32,000 bases of DNA. It comes from an uncultured archaeon (GTDB lineage: Archaea > Asgardarchaeota > Thorarchaeia > Thorarchaeales > Thorarchaeaceae). Below are positions 9,334 to 18,282 of the stretch, in pieces. How positions within the stretch are numbered: position 1 is the first letter of the stretch; every line of letters begins with the position of its first letter. The translations under genes and the position numbers were made by a program. The stretch spans positions 8,418 to 40,417 of the forward strand of contig CAYHAA010000021.1 in NCBI GenBank assembly GCA_964354495.1, given 5' to 3'. The notes below the pieces were generated by a model. The model was given only the letters and a program-made list of their open reading frames with translations. It was not told where the DNA came from and made no database searches.

Positions 9334-10081
9334 CACGCATCTAATGATTGATGTTTCTTGGAAGAAATCCCGAATGCCCGAGGCAATATCACCTCTTGAG
9401 GGGTGACAGAGTAGAATGGGTGAATGCGATATCATGCTACGACGATGGTGAATACTCCAATGATGTCACTGCATCAAGTTGGGGACTGGATAGCGAGCCA
9501 AAGGCCTTTGTCGAGAGTGATGTGTTCGAAGCTGAAATGCTGTGGTTAGATGGTGATCTGGAAAACGCAAATCGATTCATTAGATGAGGCGACATTCAAA
9601 ATGAGCTACTCCAGATGGCCAAATGGTCAGGACTTGCAGATGTCTAAATCGCTTGGGGGGTTCTGTCGCTCTTGGAAACCTTCTTCAAGCGACACTCCAG
9701 AGGACATGCTCAATGCAAAAAGTGACTGGTATGGTTCTGAATCTTCATACGATGAGTTTCTTGGTTCTATTGTCCGGAAATATAGGCAAGCAATCTGGGA
9801 ATCATCATTGTGTCCTGCAAGGGAAGATGCATGCTGATGAGTAACTATTCTTTGATTTACTGGTTTCAGCAAGAAGATTGCTAAGGCTGAAACATATCAA
9901 GAAGATCCTATCAGTAATACTATCTCGTGTTAGAATTCCCATTGATACTACCGCAAGAGCATCGGGCCTACGATTCTCTTCAGTCATGTCTATTATCTCG
10001 GAATACACGTACTCAAGTGATTACGGCTTTGGAAACGAGTGAATATTCCCCTTTTTGAGAATCCCCGGGAGAGTAACTGAA

Positions 10082-10243
10082 GATAAGGTGTTCATCTGTG
10101 ATAATCATAGCCTAGATAGGGAACCAGAAGTAATCGTTGAAGATTAAGGAACTAAGGTTGTCTATCTCGTCATTTTTCCTCACTGTAGTCACAAGAATGT
10201 GATAAGCGAAACAATTCGTGATAAGTGTGGGGCATCATTGTAA
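10082..10243 (+). pseudogene. Degraded C-terminal zinc-ribbon gene remnant
   Basis: Reads DKVFICDNH...VIVED*GTKVVYLVIFPHCSHKNVISETIRDKCGASL*, resembling CxxC...CxxCGASL termini with lost cysteines and one internal stop. Confidence 0.35.
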
Positions 10244-10426
10244 ATGAGAATGGATGGGGGATGAAGACTTTGAAGGCATCAATCAGAAGATGTTCGGGAA
10301 AAGAAGATGACTGGCGTCAAAGAAGAAATGTACAGTCATGCTGAAATACCATTGCGAGCAATGACCAAAGACCTAGAAAGAGTACTTAATCATAAACGGT
10401 TTAGTGCCCCAAAATGCATGAACTCA

Positions 10427-10440
10427 ACACTACGGGGCTG
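10427..10440 (-). repeat. att-like copy of tRNA-Gln positions -1 to 13
   Basis: Minus strand CAGCCCCGTAGTGT versus tRNA CAGCCCCGTGGTGT. It lies 3 nt after the trm112 stop codon. Confidence 0.65.
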
Positions 10441-10443
10441 TTG

Positions 10444-10758
10444 TTAGGTAAGGCCAAAGGGTATGCCACTCTTCAAGATGTCGGTCGGTATATTCTTCTT
10501 CCATCTCTCAAGAAAGGCCGTTTCCTCTATCCGCTGCTTGCCATCCATCCGCAGATTGTCAGGAAGCATGCATGCTATCCCCTCGATGACCGGATACCAT
10601 CTACCACATTTTGGGCACCTGATCAATGCTTCGTCAATCTCTTCAACATCCTCTCCGTCTGATTCCAGATTATGGGACTTGTAGACCTCTAAGGTGAGAT
10701 CACTTCTGCAGTCACTCACCGGGCAGGCAAGGATGTCCATCAGCCAGCGTTTCATCAT
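10444..10758 (-). CDS. trm112: Trm112 family methyltransferase activator
   Basis: MMKRWLMDILACP...LIRCPKCGRWYPVIEGIACML is the Trm112 signature. GGAG SD lies before ATG 10758. Confidence 0.9.
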   Translation of the reverse strand: MMKRWLMDILACPVSDCRSDLTLEVYKSHNLESDGEDVEEIDEALIRCPKCGRWYPVIEGIACMLPDNLRMDGKQRIEETAFLERWKKNIPTDILKSGIPFGLT

Positions 10759-10901
10759 GATGTCACTCCTGTGGTATGATTCTGATTCGTCCGCTATCAC
10801 AAAAAAACGTTCTGGCTGGAGCGCTTAGGCCTTGTTTCACCCGAAAGCTATTTGGGCAAGAAGACTTGCCAGCAGGCCAAGTGTTCCCGGAGAAGAGTGC
10901 G

Positions 10902-12305
10902 ATGGAGTACAAACATCCTTGGATTCCGATTACCAAGACAACAGAGGAAGAAATGCTCACCTCTATTGGAAAGAAGAGCCTGGAGGACCTATTCTGCAAT
11001 ATTCCTGCTCAGTTCAGGGTCAAGCGTAATCTAGATCTTCCCGAATCCCATACTGAGTTCGATGTCACAAGAAGAATACAGGAACTCGCAGGCAAAAACA
11101 TGCCCGCCTCTGATGGCAATGTCTTCCTTGGATCTGGAGTCAGTATGCATTATATTCCGACAGTAGTACCTGCGTTGTCAGGCCGGTCCGAGTTCGTCAC
11201 ATCCTATACAAGTTACCAACCTGAGATAAGTCAGGGCATGCTACAGACTCTATTTGAGTATCAGAGTCTATTGGCCGAGATTCTACAGATCGATGTTGTG
11301 AACTCCTCTATGTACGACATGGCGACTGCAGTAGCAGAGGCAGCGCGGATGACAGCCCGAGTGAACAAGAACCGCACGAAATTCCTTGTCCCTGGCACAA
11401 TCAATCCGGAGCACTACAGGGTCATCCATACCTATACTGAGCCTGCTGGCATTGATGTCATCAAAGTGGATTTCGACAAGGGCACAGGGCTCATGTCGCT
11501 CTCGAACCTAGAATCAAAACTTGATGATGGTGTGGCTGGCGTCTACGTTGAGAATCCCAGTTATTTGGGATTCATCGAGACTCAAGTGGATGATATCGCG
11601 CGACTGGTACACGAAAAGAACTCCCTGTTTGTAGCCGGGGTCGATATTCTCTCCTTAGGGATTCTAAGGCCTCCTGGCGAATATGATGCAGACATCGTTG
11701 TTGCGGAGGGGCAACATCTTGGCTCACCTGTCAGCTACGGTGGCCCCTTACTTGGCATCTTCGGATGCAAGAATGACCGCAAGTTAGTCTACCAGATGCC
11801 AGGTCGTCTTGTTGGTATGACGCGGACACAAGAGGAGCCCTATGAGGATGGTTATGTTCTGACACTCAGTCCGCGAGAACAGCATATTCGCAGAGAGAAA
11901 GCGACAAGTAACATCTGCTCCAATCAGGCTCTTGCCGCAGTGACTGCAGCTATCTACATGTCAGTCCTTGGTCCCACTGGACTAGAGACCCTTGGAGAGA
12001 CCATTGCACAGAAATCCAACTATGCTGCCAAACGACTGGGCACTCTCACGGGTGTCAAGTCTCCTGCTATTGGTGAGTTCATCTGGAAGGAGTTTGTCGT
12101 GCAGTTTGAAGCTGGTATCACCGCAAGGCAAGTACATGAAAACTTGCTAAAACAGGGAATTCAGGGAGGAAAGATCCTGTCTGACGAATTTCCTGAGCTG
12201 GGCGAGTCAATGTTGTTCTGTGTGACTGAGATACACAGCCAGAAGGACATAGACACTCTGGTCAAAGCGGTTGAGGGAATTGTTGCAGAGGGAGGTGTAC
12301 AGTAA
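10902..12305 (+). CDS. gcvPA: Glycine dehydrogenase (decarboxylating) subunit 1
   Basis: Motifs FLGSG, TSYTSYQPEISQGMLQTLFEYQS, NSSMYD, SYGGP, REQHIRREKATSNICSNQAL. Start set at ATG 10902 (MEYKHPWIP). Confidence 0.95.
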   Translation: MEYKHPWIPITKTTEEEMLTSIGKKSLEDLFCNIPAQFRVKRNLDLPESHTEFDVTRRIQELAGKNMPASDGNVFLGSGVSMHYIPTVVPALSGRSEFVTSYTSYQPEISQGMLQTLFEYQSLLAEILQIDVVNSSMYDMATAVAEAARMTARVNKNRTKFLVPGTINPEHYRVIHTYTEPAGIDVIKVDFDKGTGLMSLSNLESKLDDGVAGVYVENPSYLGFIETQVDDIARLVHEKNSLFVAGVDILSLGILRPPGEYDADIVVAEGQHLGSPVSYGGPLLGIFGCKNDRKLVYQMPGRLVGMTRTQEEPYEDGYVLTLSPREQHIRREKATSNICSNQALAAVTAAIYMSVLGPTGLETLGETIAQKSNYAAKRLGTLTGVKSPAIGEFIWKEFVVQFEAGITARQVHENLLKQGIQGGKILSDEFPELGESMLFCVTEIHSQKDIDTLVKAVEGIVAEGGVQ

Positions 12306-13870
12306 TGAGTAGTCACCGTCCAGTTGATTCTGGTGTACGGCAAGCAAAGTGGATTGAACCGCTTCTCTTTGAGCGTTCTAGTCCTGGAGTCATTGCCCAT
12401 CAATTCCCTGTAGCAGAGGATGGCGTACGAAAAGCAGCAAGTCTCACCAAGATTCTTCCAAAGTCAATGCGGAGAACGACTCCTCCGAAGATACCTGAGG
12501 TGTCTGAACCAGATGTTGTTCGACACTTCACAAGGCTATCCCAGATGAATTATGCAGTCAGTCTAGGTACGTATCCCCTAGGAAGTTGCACCATGAAGTA
12601 CAATCCCGAGCTGAACAACTGGGCAGCCATGCAACCCGGGTTCTCTTGGCTTCATCCACTTCAGGATGTCTCCACAGCTCAGGGTGCTCTTGAGATGATG
12701 TGGGACCTTGAACACTGGTTGGGCGAGATCACAGGCATGGACGCGGTCACACTGCAGCCTGCAGCAGGCGCTCAAGGCGAGTGGACTGGTGTGATGATGA
12801 TGCGTGAGTATCATCGCTGTGTCACACACGAATGCGAACAGAGAAACGAGATGCTCATCCCAGATGCTGCACATGGGACGAATCCAGCATCTGCTGCCAT
12901 GGCTGGCTACAATGTTGTTGTGCTTCCTTCCAGCATGGAGGGGCTTGTCGATCTCGATGCTCTGAAGGCGGCCGCAGGCCCCAGAACCGCCGGACTGATG
13001 CTCACGAATCCCAACACAATTGGCGTGTTCGAGAAGAACATTGGCGAGATTGCAGGAATCGTTCATGATGCTGGTGGCCTCGTGTATTATGATGGAGCTA
13101 ACTTCAATGCAATCATGCACAAGGTCCGACCTGGTGACATGGGCTTTGATGTGGTTCATCTCAATCTCCATAAGACGTTCTCGACTCCTCATGGCGGCGG
13201 TGGCCCCGGAGCAGGTCCAGTGGGTGTCAAGAACAAGCTTGCTGAATTCTTGCCTGTACCCCGTATCATCAAGACCAAAGATGGATCCTTTGACTTGGAC
13301 TACGATAGGCCGAGATCCATTGGGAAGGTAAAGTCATTCTATGGCAACTTCGGTGTGCTGGTCAGAGCCTATGCCTATGTTTATTCACTCGGGAGGGAGG
13401 GTCTCAAGCGAGCCTCGGAAGTGGCGGTTCTCAATGCGAATTATATCGCCCACCATGTCAGAAAGATTCCTGGATTCACACTGCCCTTCTCTCAGGACGC
13501 TCCAAGGATGCATGAGTGCGTTATCTCTGCAGAAGAGCTGAAGGAAAAGACCGGAGTGACTGCGATGATGGTTGCAAAACGACTTCTAGATTTCGGAGTT
13601 CACTCTCCTACTGTGTACTTTCCTCTGATTGTGCCTGAGGCACTCATGATTGAACCAACAGAGACAGAATCGAAGCAGGAGCTGGACTATTTCATCGAGG
13701 CTCTCCGCCAGATATCCAAGGAGGCACATGAGACCCCCGACAAGGTCAGCAGTGCTCCGCATTCTACGGCAGTTCGCCATCTTGACGAGTACAGGTCTGC
13801 CCATCCCAAGACCCTCACATTGTCCTACAAGATGTATCAGGAGAAACTCGCAGCCGGAGATGAGGAGTAA
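12305..13870 (+). CDS. gcvPB: Glycine dehydrogenase (decarboxylating) subunit 2
   Basis: Motifs YPLGSCTMKYNP, QPAAGAQGE, AHGTNPASA, and PLP lysine in HLNLHKTFSTPHGGGGPG. Overlaps the gcvPA stop (TAATG). Confidence 0.95.
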   Translation: MSSHRPVDSGVRQAKWIEPLLFERSSPGVIAHQFPVAEDGVRKAASLTKILPKSMRRTTPPKIPEVSEPDVVRHFTRLSQMNYAVSLGTYPLGSCTMKYNPELNNWAAMQPGFSWLHPLQDVSTAQGALEMMWDLEHWLGEITGMDAVTLQPAAGAQGEWTGVMMMREYHRCVTHECEQRNEMLIPDAAHGTNPASAAMAGYNVVVLPSSMEGLVDLDALKAAAGPRTAGLMLTNPNTIGVFEKNIGEIAGIVHDAGGLVYYDGANFNAIMHKVRPGDMGFDVVHLNLHKTFSTPHGGGGPGAGPVGVKNKLAEFLPVPRIIKTKDGSFDLDYDRPRSIGKVKSFYGNFGVLVRAYAYVYSLGREGLKRASEVAVLNANYIAHHVRKIPGFTLPFSQDAPRMHECVISAEELKEKTGVTAMMVAKRLLDFGVHSPTVYFPLIVPEALMIEPTETESKQELDYFIEALRQISKEAHETPDKVSSAPHSTAVRHLDEYRSAHPKTLTLSYKMYQEKLAAGDEE

Positions 13871-13905
13871 CTTCTCTTCAGACCAAAAGAATTAGAGGTC
13901 AGTTC

Positions 13906-14292
13906 ATGCATAACAGAGTGATGATTCTCGAAAGAAAGGCAGGTCGTCACTCTATATTCCTTGAGGCAAAGGATGTTGGTAACGACCTCCTGATAACTAT
14001 CTACGGCGGAGATGAGCACCATCTTGGTGGAGTTTCTGTGGCATACGAGGCCAAGAGCCACTATAGAAACACCTCAACAGTGAGTATGAGCACCCTGACC
14101 TTTCCAGGCCACAAGGACTATCTGGTTTCAAACTCTGCTGCGGAGCAGATCTGCAAGGCTCTCAAGAGATCGACTGTTGTAACGACTGGGATCCATTACA
14201 ATAATGCGACGAAGGGCGAGATTGACGCCATCATCAAGGCTGTCGACTGGCTAACGAAGGAACTAATTTCGCACTATCAAAAGGCTGAATAG
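13906..14292 (+). CDS. LpdD-like / proteasome-assembly-chaperone-like small protein
   Basis: GNDLLITIYGGDEHHLGGVS, TFPGHKD and VVTTGIHYNNATKGEI match the LpdD-like family as I recall it. Confidence 0.65.
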   Translation: MHNRVMILERKAGRHSIFLEAKDVGNDLLITIYGGDEHHLGGVSVAYEAKSHYRNTSTVSMSTLTFPGHKDYLVSNSAAEQICKALKRSTVVTTGIHYNNATKGEIDAIIKAVDWLTKELISHYQKAE

Positions 14293-14323
14293 CACACCTT
14301 GAAAGGCGTCAGTGTGAAATCAG

Positions 14324-14605
14324 TTGCTCGTCAGATTCAAGTCCTTTGGACCGGTACGTAGGCTTCTTGGACACCAAGTGATAGAGGTGGATGTTCCGGA
14401 TGGCTCCACGGTCCTTCAGGTCATTCAAAAAGTGGTCGAACGGGGTGGAGAAGGTCTTCGGGACTTGGTGTTAGAGAACGGGAACGTTGGTGGCAATCTA
14501 ATCGTCATGCTCAACAAGAGGGACGTAGCTACTCTGGGTGGTACAGCAATTTCTGTCACAGAGGGCGACGAGGTGGCTCTGCTTCCTCACGTTCAAGGGG
14601 GTTGA
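14324..14605 (+). CDS. Ubiquitin-like beta-grasp protein (MoaD/ThiS/SAMP/Urm1 family)
   Basis: 93 aa, TTG start, V.FKSFG...L.G...IEV pattern, LIVMLNKRDV..L.G...L.EGDEVALLP and C-terminal diglycine (VQGG). Confidence 0.9.
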   Translation: MLVRFKSFGPVRRLLGHQVIEVDVPDGSTVLQVIQKVVERGGEGLRDLVLENGNVGGNLIVMLNKRDVATLGGTAISVTEGDEVALLPHVQGG

Positions 14606-14615
14606 GCAACACCTG

Positions 14616-15911
14616 ATGGCAATCTCATTCTATCTAGAAACCTATGGTTGCTCTCTGAATTCAGCTGATTCTGATGTCATGATTGGGCGCTTGAGAGAGA
14701 TCGATGCTCAGAGCGTGGAGGACATCGAACAATCAGATGTGGTCATTCTAAACACGTGTGGTGTGAAAGAACCCACTGAGGATCGGATTATACACAGGTT
14801 GGAAGAGCTAGGTGAAGGTACAAGACCTGTGATTGTGACGGGATGTCTGCCTAAGATCTCCCTTGCGCGAATTAGAGAGGCGATTCCTGACTATGCTGCA
14901 ATACTGGGCCCCCAAGCCACTGAATCCGTGAATGAGATAGTATTGAGAGTACTGAGCGGAGAGAGAGGCATTCTGCATCTGGAATCCACAGATGTGTCTA
15001 AGCTGAGATGGCTCGAGTCTCCCGGAAAAGGTGTCATCTGCACTGTCCCCATCTGCGAGGGCTGCCTAGGCAACTGCTCCTATTGCGCAGTCAAGTTTGC
15101 AAGGGGCCGGGTCAAGAGTCATTCGGAGATGGAGATCTGCCTTGCCATCCAGAAATGCACACGAGCTGGATACCGCGAAATTCGCCTCACATCTCAAGAT
15201 CTTGGAGCTTACGGCACTGACATAGGTAGTGACCTTGTTACATTGATGCGAAGAGTTGACGAGATACCGGGGCAACATATGTTCAGGCTTGGAATGTTCA
15301 ACCCGAATCTTGTTGCTGATTCTATTAGCGATCTTCTTCGCGTCATGAGGTCCGACCACTTCTTCAAGTTCTTTCATGTTCCTCTGCAGTCCGGTAGCGA
15401 CACGATTCTCCATGCTATGGGTCGGCTATATACCCTAAACGATTGGGAATGCATCATTAGGACAATCCGAGAGCACTTCAGTGATGCCACGATTGCAGCA
15501 GACATCATCGTCGGTTTTCCTGGTGAGTCTAAGGAAGACTTTGAGCTTACAATGGAAGCGATTCAAAGAGTACGACCGCCAATTGTCAATATATCCAAGT
15601 ATGGTGACCGCCTTGGCACAGCAGCATCCAAGTCCAGCAACAAGATAGAGACATCTGTGAAGAAACAACGAAGCCGTCGGCTCACGACGCTTGTGAACAA
15701 GATACAACTTGAGGACAATGAGTCCTGGGTGGGATGGTCTGGTCCAGTCATTGTCAGTGAGAGGGGATCACGAGGCGGCCTTCTCTGCCGGACCCCCTCA
15801 TACAGACCTATTATCATTCATGATGACTTACAGCTTGGGTCAATCATTGACGTACGAGTGACGAGAGCTGAACGGACTCATCTCATTGGCGAAACTATCT
15901 ATTCCGCTTGA
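14616..15911 (+). CDS. mtaB: tRNA t6A37 methylthiotransferase (archaeal MtaB/CDKAL1 type; UPF0004 + radical SAM + TRAM)
   Basis: Motifs FYLETYGCSLNSAD, NTCGVK, VTGCL, CEGCLGNCSYC, FHVPLQSGSD, DIIVGFPGES and a C-terminal TRAM domain. Start at ATG 14616. Confidence 0.88.
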   Translation: MAISFYLETYGCSLNSADSDVMIGRLREIDAQSVEDIEQSDVVILNTCGVKEPTEDRIIHRLEELGEGTRPVIVTGCLPKISLARIREAIPDYAAILGPQATESVNEIVLRVLSGERGILHLESTDVSKLRWLESPGKGVICTVPICEGCLGNCSYCAVKFARGRVKSHSEMEICLAIQKCTRAGYREIRLTSQDLGAYGTDIGSDLVTLMRRVDEIPGQHMFRLGMFNPNLVADSISDLLRVMRSDHFFKFFHVPLQSGSDTILHAMGRLYTLNDWECIIRTIREHFSDATIAADIIVGFPGESKEDFELTMEAIQRVRPPIVNISKYGDRLGTAASKSSNKIETSVKKQRSRRLTTLVNKIQLEDNESWVGWSGPVIVSERGSRGGLLCRTPSYRPIIIHDDLQLGSIIDVRVTRAERTHLIGETIYSA

Positions 15912-16896
15912 CCTCTATCTTGACGACCTTGCCCGTCTTGGTGCTCTCTCGCGCAGCCTCAACGATCTCGAGTGCAGTGAGCGCATCATCGATGCTCACT
16001 CTTGGCGTTTTCTTTGTCTTCACACAGACGGCAAAGTCATTGAGCACCTCTCTTACGGGCTCCCCATAGACTTTGATTGTTGCGCCTCGCTCAGGAAGCT
16101 TGATGGTATCGCCTGCAGCCATGGGCTCTTGGTCAAGGTGCTGTACCTTTATGATTTGACTGAACAGATCGAGCACCAATGACCCCTTGGTCCCTGAGAC
16201 ATCCATGTACCTTCTTCTACCTGTATACTGCCGTGATAAAAGGAAGACATGTTGGGCGCCAGATTCGAAGTCGACCATAACTGTGCCACTATTGTAGACT
16301 CCCCTCTCTATCTTGCTCTGGGCATACAGGTTCGCGTGGCCCTGACTGATACGCGCCATGATGTCAAAGTCATGTACGCCGATATCCTCGTATACATCAC
16401 CAAGGGATGATATCCTAGAAGGCTCAACAAAACCGCGACGATCGTGTATCACAGTTAACGGAGTACCGATAGCATCTGTCTGAATGAGGGACAAAGCTTT
16501 GCTTACGATGGGGTTGTATATTTCCGAATGTGATACTAGAGTGACAATTCCCCTCTTCTTGAGTATCTCAGCCACCCTCTTCCCATCCTCGAGGGAGCTT
16601 GCGAAGGGCTTCTCAATAAGCAACCCTCGAATTCCCTTATACTCCGAAGCTATCTGCTCCGTAATCGATGCGTGTGTTGAAGTGGGTGTAGAGATAACCA
16701 GAGCCGTCGGATTTGCATTTTCAATGAGGCTCTGAAAGCTGTCAAAGGCTGGGACATTGTACATCGTCGCAACCCTCTTGGCTGTTTCCTTGTCTGTATC
16801 AGCAATACCAACCAGGACACCCATATCACTGAGAATACGCGCATGGATGCTGCCCATATTCCCTGTGCCCACGATGCCAATCTTCAAGGACTTCAT
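15895..16896 (-). CDS. Gfo/Idh/MocA family NAD(P)-dependent oxidoreductase
   Basis: Rossmann motif KIGIVGTGNMG, then IEKP, DIGVHDFD and SGTKGSL. Confidence 0.9.
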   Translation of the reverse strand: MKSLKIGIVGTGNMGSIHARILSDMGVLVGIADTDKETAKRVATMYNVPAFDSFQSLIENANPTALVISTPTSTHASITEQIASEYKGIRGLLIEKPFASSLEDGKRVAEILKKRGIVTLVSHSEIYNPIVSKALSLIQTDAIGTPLTVIHDRRGFVEPSRISSLGDVYEDIGVHDFDIMARISQGHANLYAQSKIERGVYNSGTVMVDFESGAQHVFLLSRQYTGRRRYMDVSGTKGSLVLDLFSQIIKVQHLDQEPMAAGDTIKLPERGATIKVYGEPVREVLNDFAVCVKTKKTPRVSIDDALTALEIVEAARESTKTGKVVKIEVKRNR

Positions 16897-17111
16897 ATCT
16901 TTTCAATCCTGTCCGGCTGTGACTGCCTGCGTGCTTATCCTGCTTTATACATTACCATAGTTCCACTAATTGTACCTGAATCATTGATATATCAATTAGA
17001 GTGCATTTGGAACCCGAAAATCGTCGCCCGTTTGTATTATGACCTTATATCTCATGCAGTGCACTGATTGTCGTATCAAAGTACTACACCCACACCCTAT
17101 TTGGGAATCCT

Positions 17112-17363
17112 CAGAGTGTCACTGACTCTTTGACACTTGAATAACAACCCCTCCCTCGGACCCACCCGTGGACGCAGCATGGATCTGCCTCTATCGTGCT
17201 GTGGGTGGGTCCTCCCAAAATGCCCACGCCTCGTCTGAAGACTTGGTCTTCTGCTAACCCATCATCATGAAGGGAATAGGCGAGAATTCCTACTATCAGT
17301 TGTCGTGACAACAGCCGCTGTCCACAAGTTCATAAGGAGTCACTCTGCAGAAACGTACTGCAG
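17112..17363. ncRNA. Unidentified structured intergenic element (candidate ncRNA or MITE-like)
   Basis: Perfect 10 bp stem 17158-17167/17203-17212 with an inner 7 bp helix; hairpins 17237-17251 and 17299-17312; end-to-end pairing of 17112-17118 with 17341-17347; no credible ORF. Confidence 0.4.
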
Positions 17364-17492
17364 GTATACACGAAGCGAGAAGCGTTTTCTATAGTCGGAA
17401 TTGTCGAGACTCTTTTTTAGGGCATCGCAAATTTCACAGAAGCACACAGTAGTTTTGAAGACTTGCAAATCGCATTTAGCGAGTGAACAACA

Positions 17493-18074
17493 ATGAATTA
17501 TGACGAACAAGAGCCTATTGAGGCTACAGTGGCAGAACTAAAGCCACAGATGAAGAATGTCACCACTCATTTCAAGGTGATCAGTAAGGGCGAAGAGCGT
17601 GAGATTGAGTCCCGTAATGACGGAGCAACTCACCGTGTCTGTGATATCACTGTCGGTGATACGAGCGGAACTGTTCAGGTCCCTCTCTGGGATGAGGTTA
17701 TCGATAGCATCGAAGAAGGTGCTACCTACAATCTGACCAATGGATACACTGGTCTCTTTCGAGGTAACCTACGATTAAATGTTGGTAGGTACGGTAAACT
17801 CGAGAAGGCTGCAGAAGCCATCGAAGATGTCAACATGGACGTCGATATGTCCGCTGAAGAGCACGAAGATGACCGACCCCGTAGGAGCTATGGCGGCGGT
17901 GGCGGCTATGGCGGAGACCGACGTGGTGGTGGCGGTGGTGGCGGTGGCTACGGTGGAGATCGTCGCGGTGGCGGCGGTGGTTACAGTGGCCGAAGTAGCG
18001 GTGGCTACGGTGGAGATAGGCGAGGCAGTGGCGGCTACGGTGGTAGCGGCGGCGACAGGCGTCGCAGAGACTAG
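17493..18074 (+). CDS. ssb: Single OB-fold single-stranded DNA-binding protein with Gly/Arg/Tyr-rich tail
   Basis: TVAELKPQMKNV...VGDTSGTVQVPLWDE...LTNGYTGLFRGNLRLNVGRYG resembles crenarchaeal SSB and hSSB1. An acidic linker leads into GGYGGDRR repeats. Confidence 0.88.
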   Translation: MNYDEQEPIEATVAELKPQMKNVTTHFKVISKGEEREIESRNDGATHRVCDITVGDTSGTVQVPLWDEVIDSIEEGATYNLTNGYTGLFRGNLRLNVGRYGKLEKAAEAIEDVNMDVDMSAEEHEDDRPRRSYGGGGGYGGDRRGGGGGGGGYGGDRRGGGGGYSGRSSGGYGGDRRGSGGYGGSGGDRRRRD

Positions 18075-18115
18075 ATTCCAAACTTAGATACGATTTACAG
18101 CAGCAATAGCTGTTC

Positions 18116-18160
18116 GATTGTGGGTAATCAATAGTGATTACTCACAAATCCTTCTTTTTT
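18116..18160 (+). terminator. Hairpin plus oligo-T terminator after ssb
   Basis: GATT-GTGGGTAATCA-ATAG-TGATTACTCAC-A-AATC followed by CTTCTTTTTT. Confidence 0.55.
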
Positions 18161-18282
18161 AGTTCGAATATCTGAAACAAATCTTGGCACTTTTTCTCTC
18201 ATATCCCTATAGAACGGAATGGAGACAACGAGCAGATGGTGCTGAGGGTGAGTTTTGAGCTCGCGAAGACCAGAACCTTGTT

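Larger units (their letters stand above)
3439..10440. mobile_element. Decayed genomic island inserted at the tRNA-Gln 5' end (no integrase visible)
   Basis: Direct repeat ACACCACGGGGCTG (3439-3452) / ACACTACGGGGCTG (10427-10440), 13/14 identical, exactly brackets an AT-richer region rich in pseudogenes and accessory genes. Confidence 0.65.

Noticed and set aside
9064-9435. 123 aa ORF as a real gene
   Set aside because: It is a chance join of the mtaB fragment with out-of-frame IS sequence; no SD or coherent domain.
10776-10901. 42 aa N-terminal extension of gcvPA
   Set aside because: It overlaps the divergent trm112 promoter region; family similarity begins at ATG 10902.
17112-17363. SRP RNA, RNase P RNA, 5S rRNA or group II intron assignment
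   Set aside because: It lacks the SRP helix-8 CCAGG-GNRA-AGCA motif, the RNase P GAGGAAAGUC core, the 5S consensus and a group II domain V.
17887-18071. GGC/GGT repeats as a microsatellite or DNA repeat element
   Set aside because: Codon usage varies while the peptide repeats, so this is coding low complexity in ssb.
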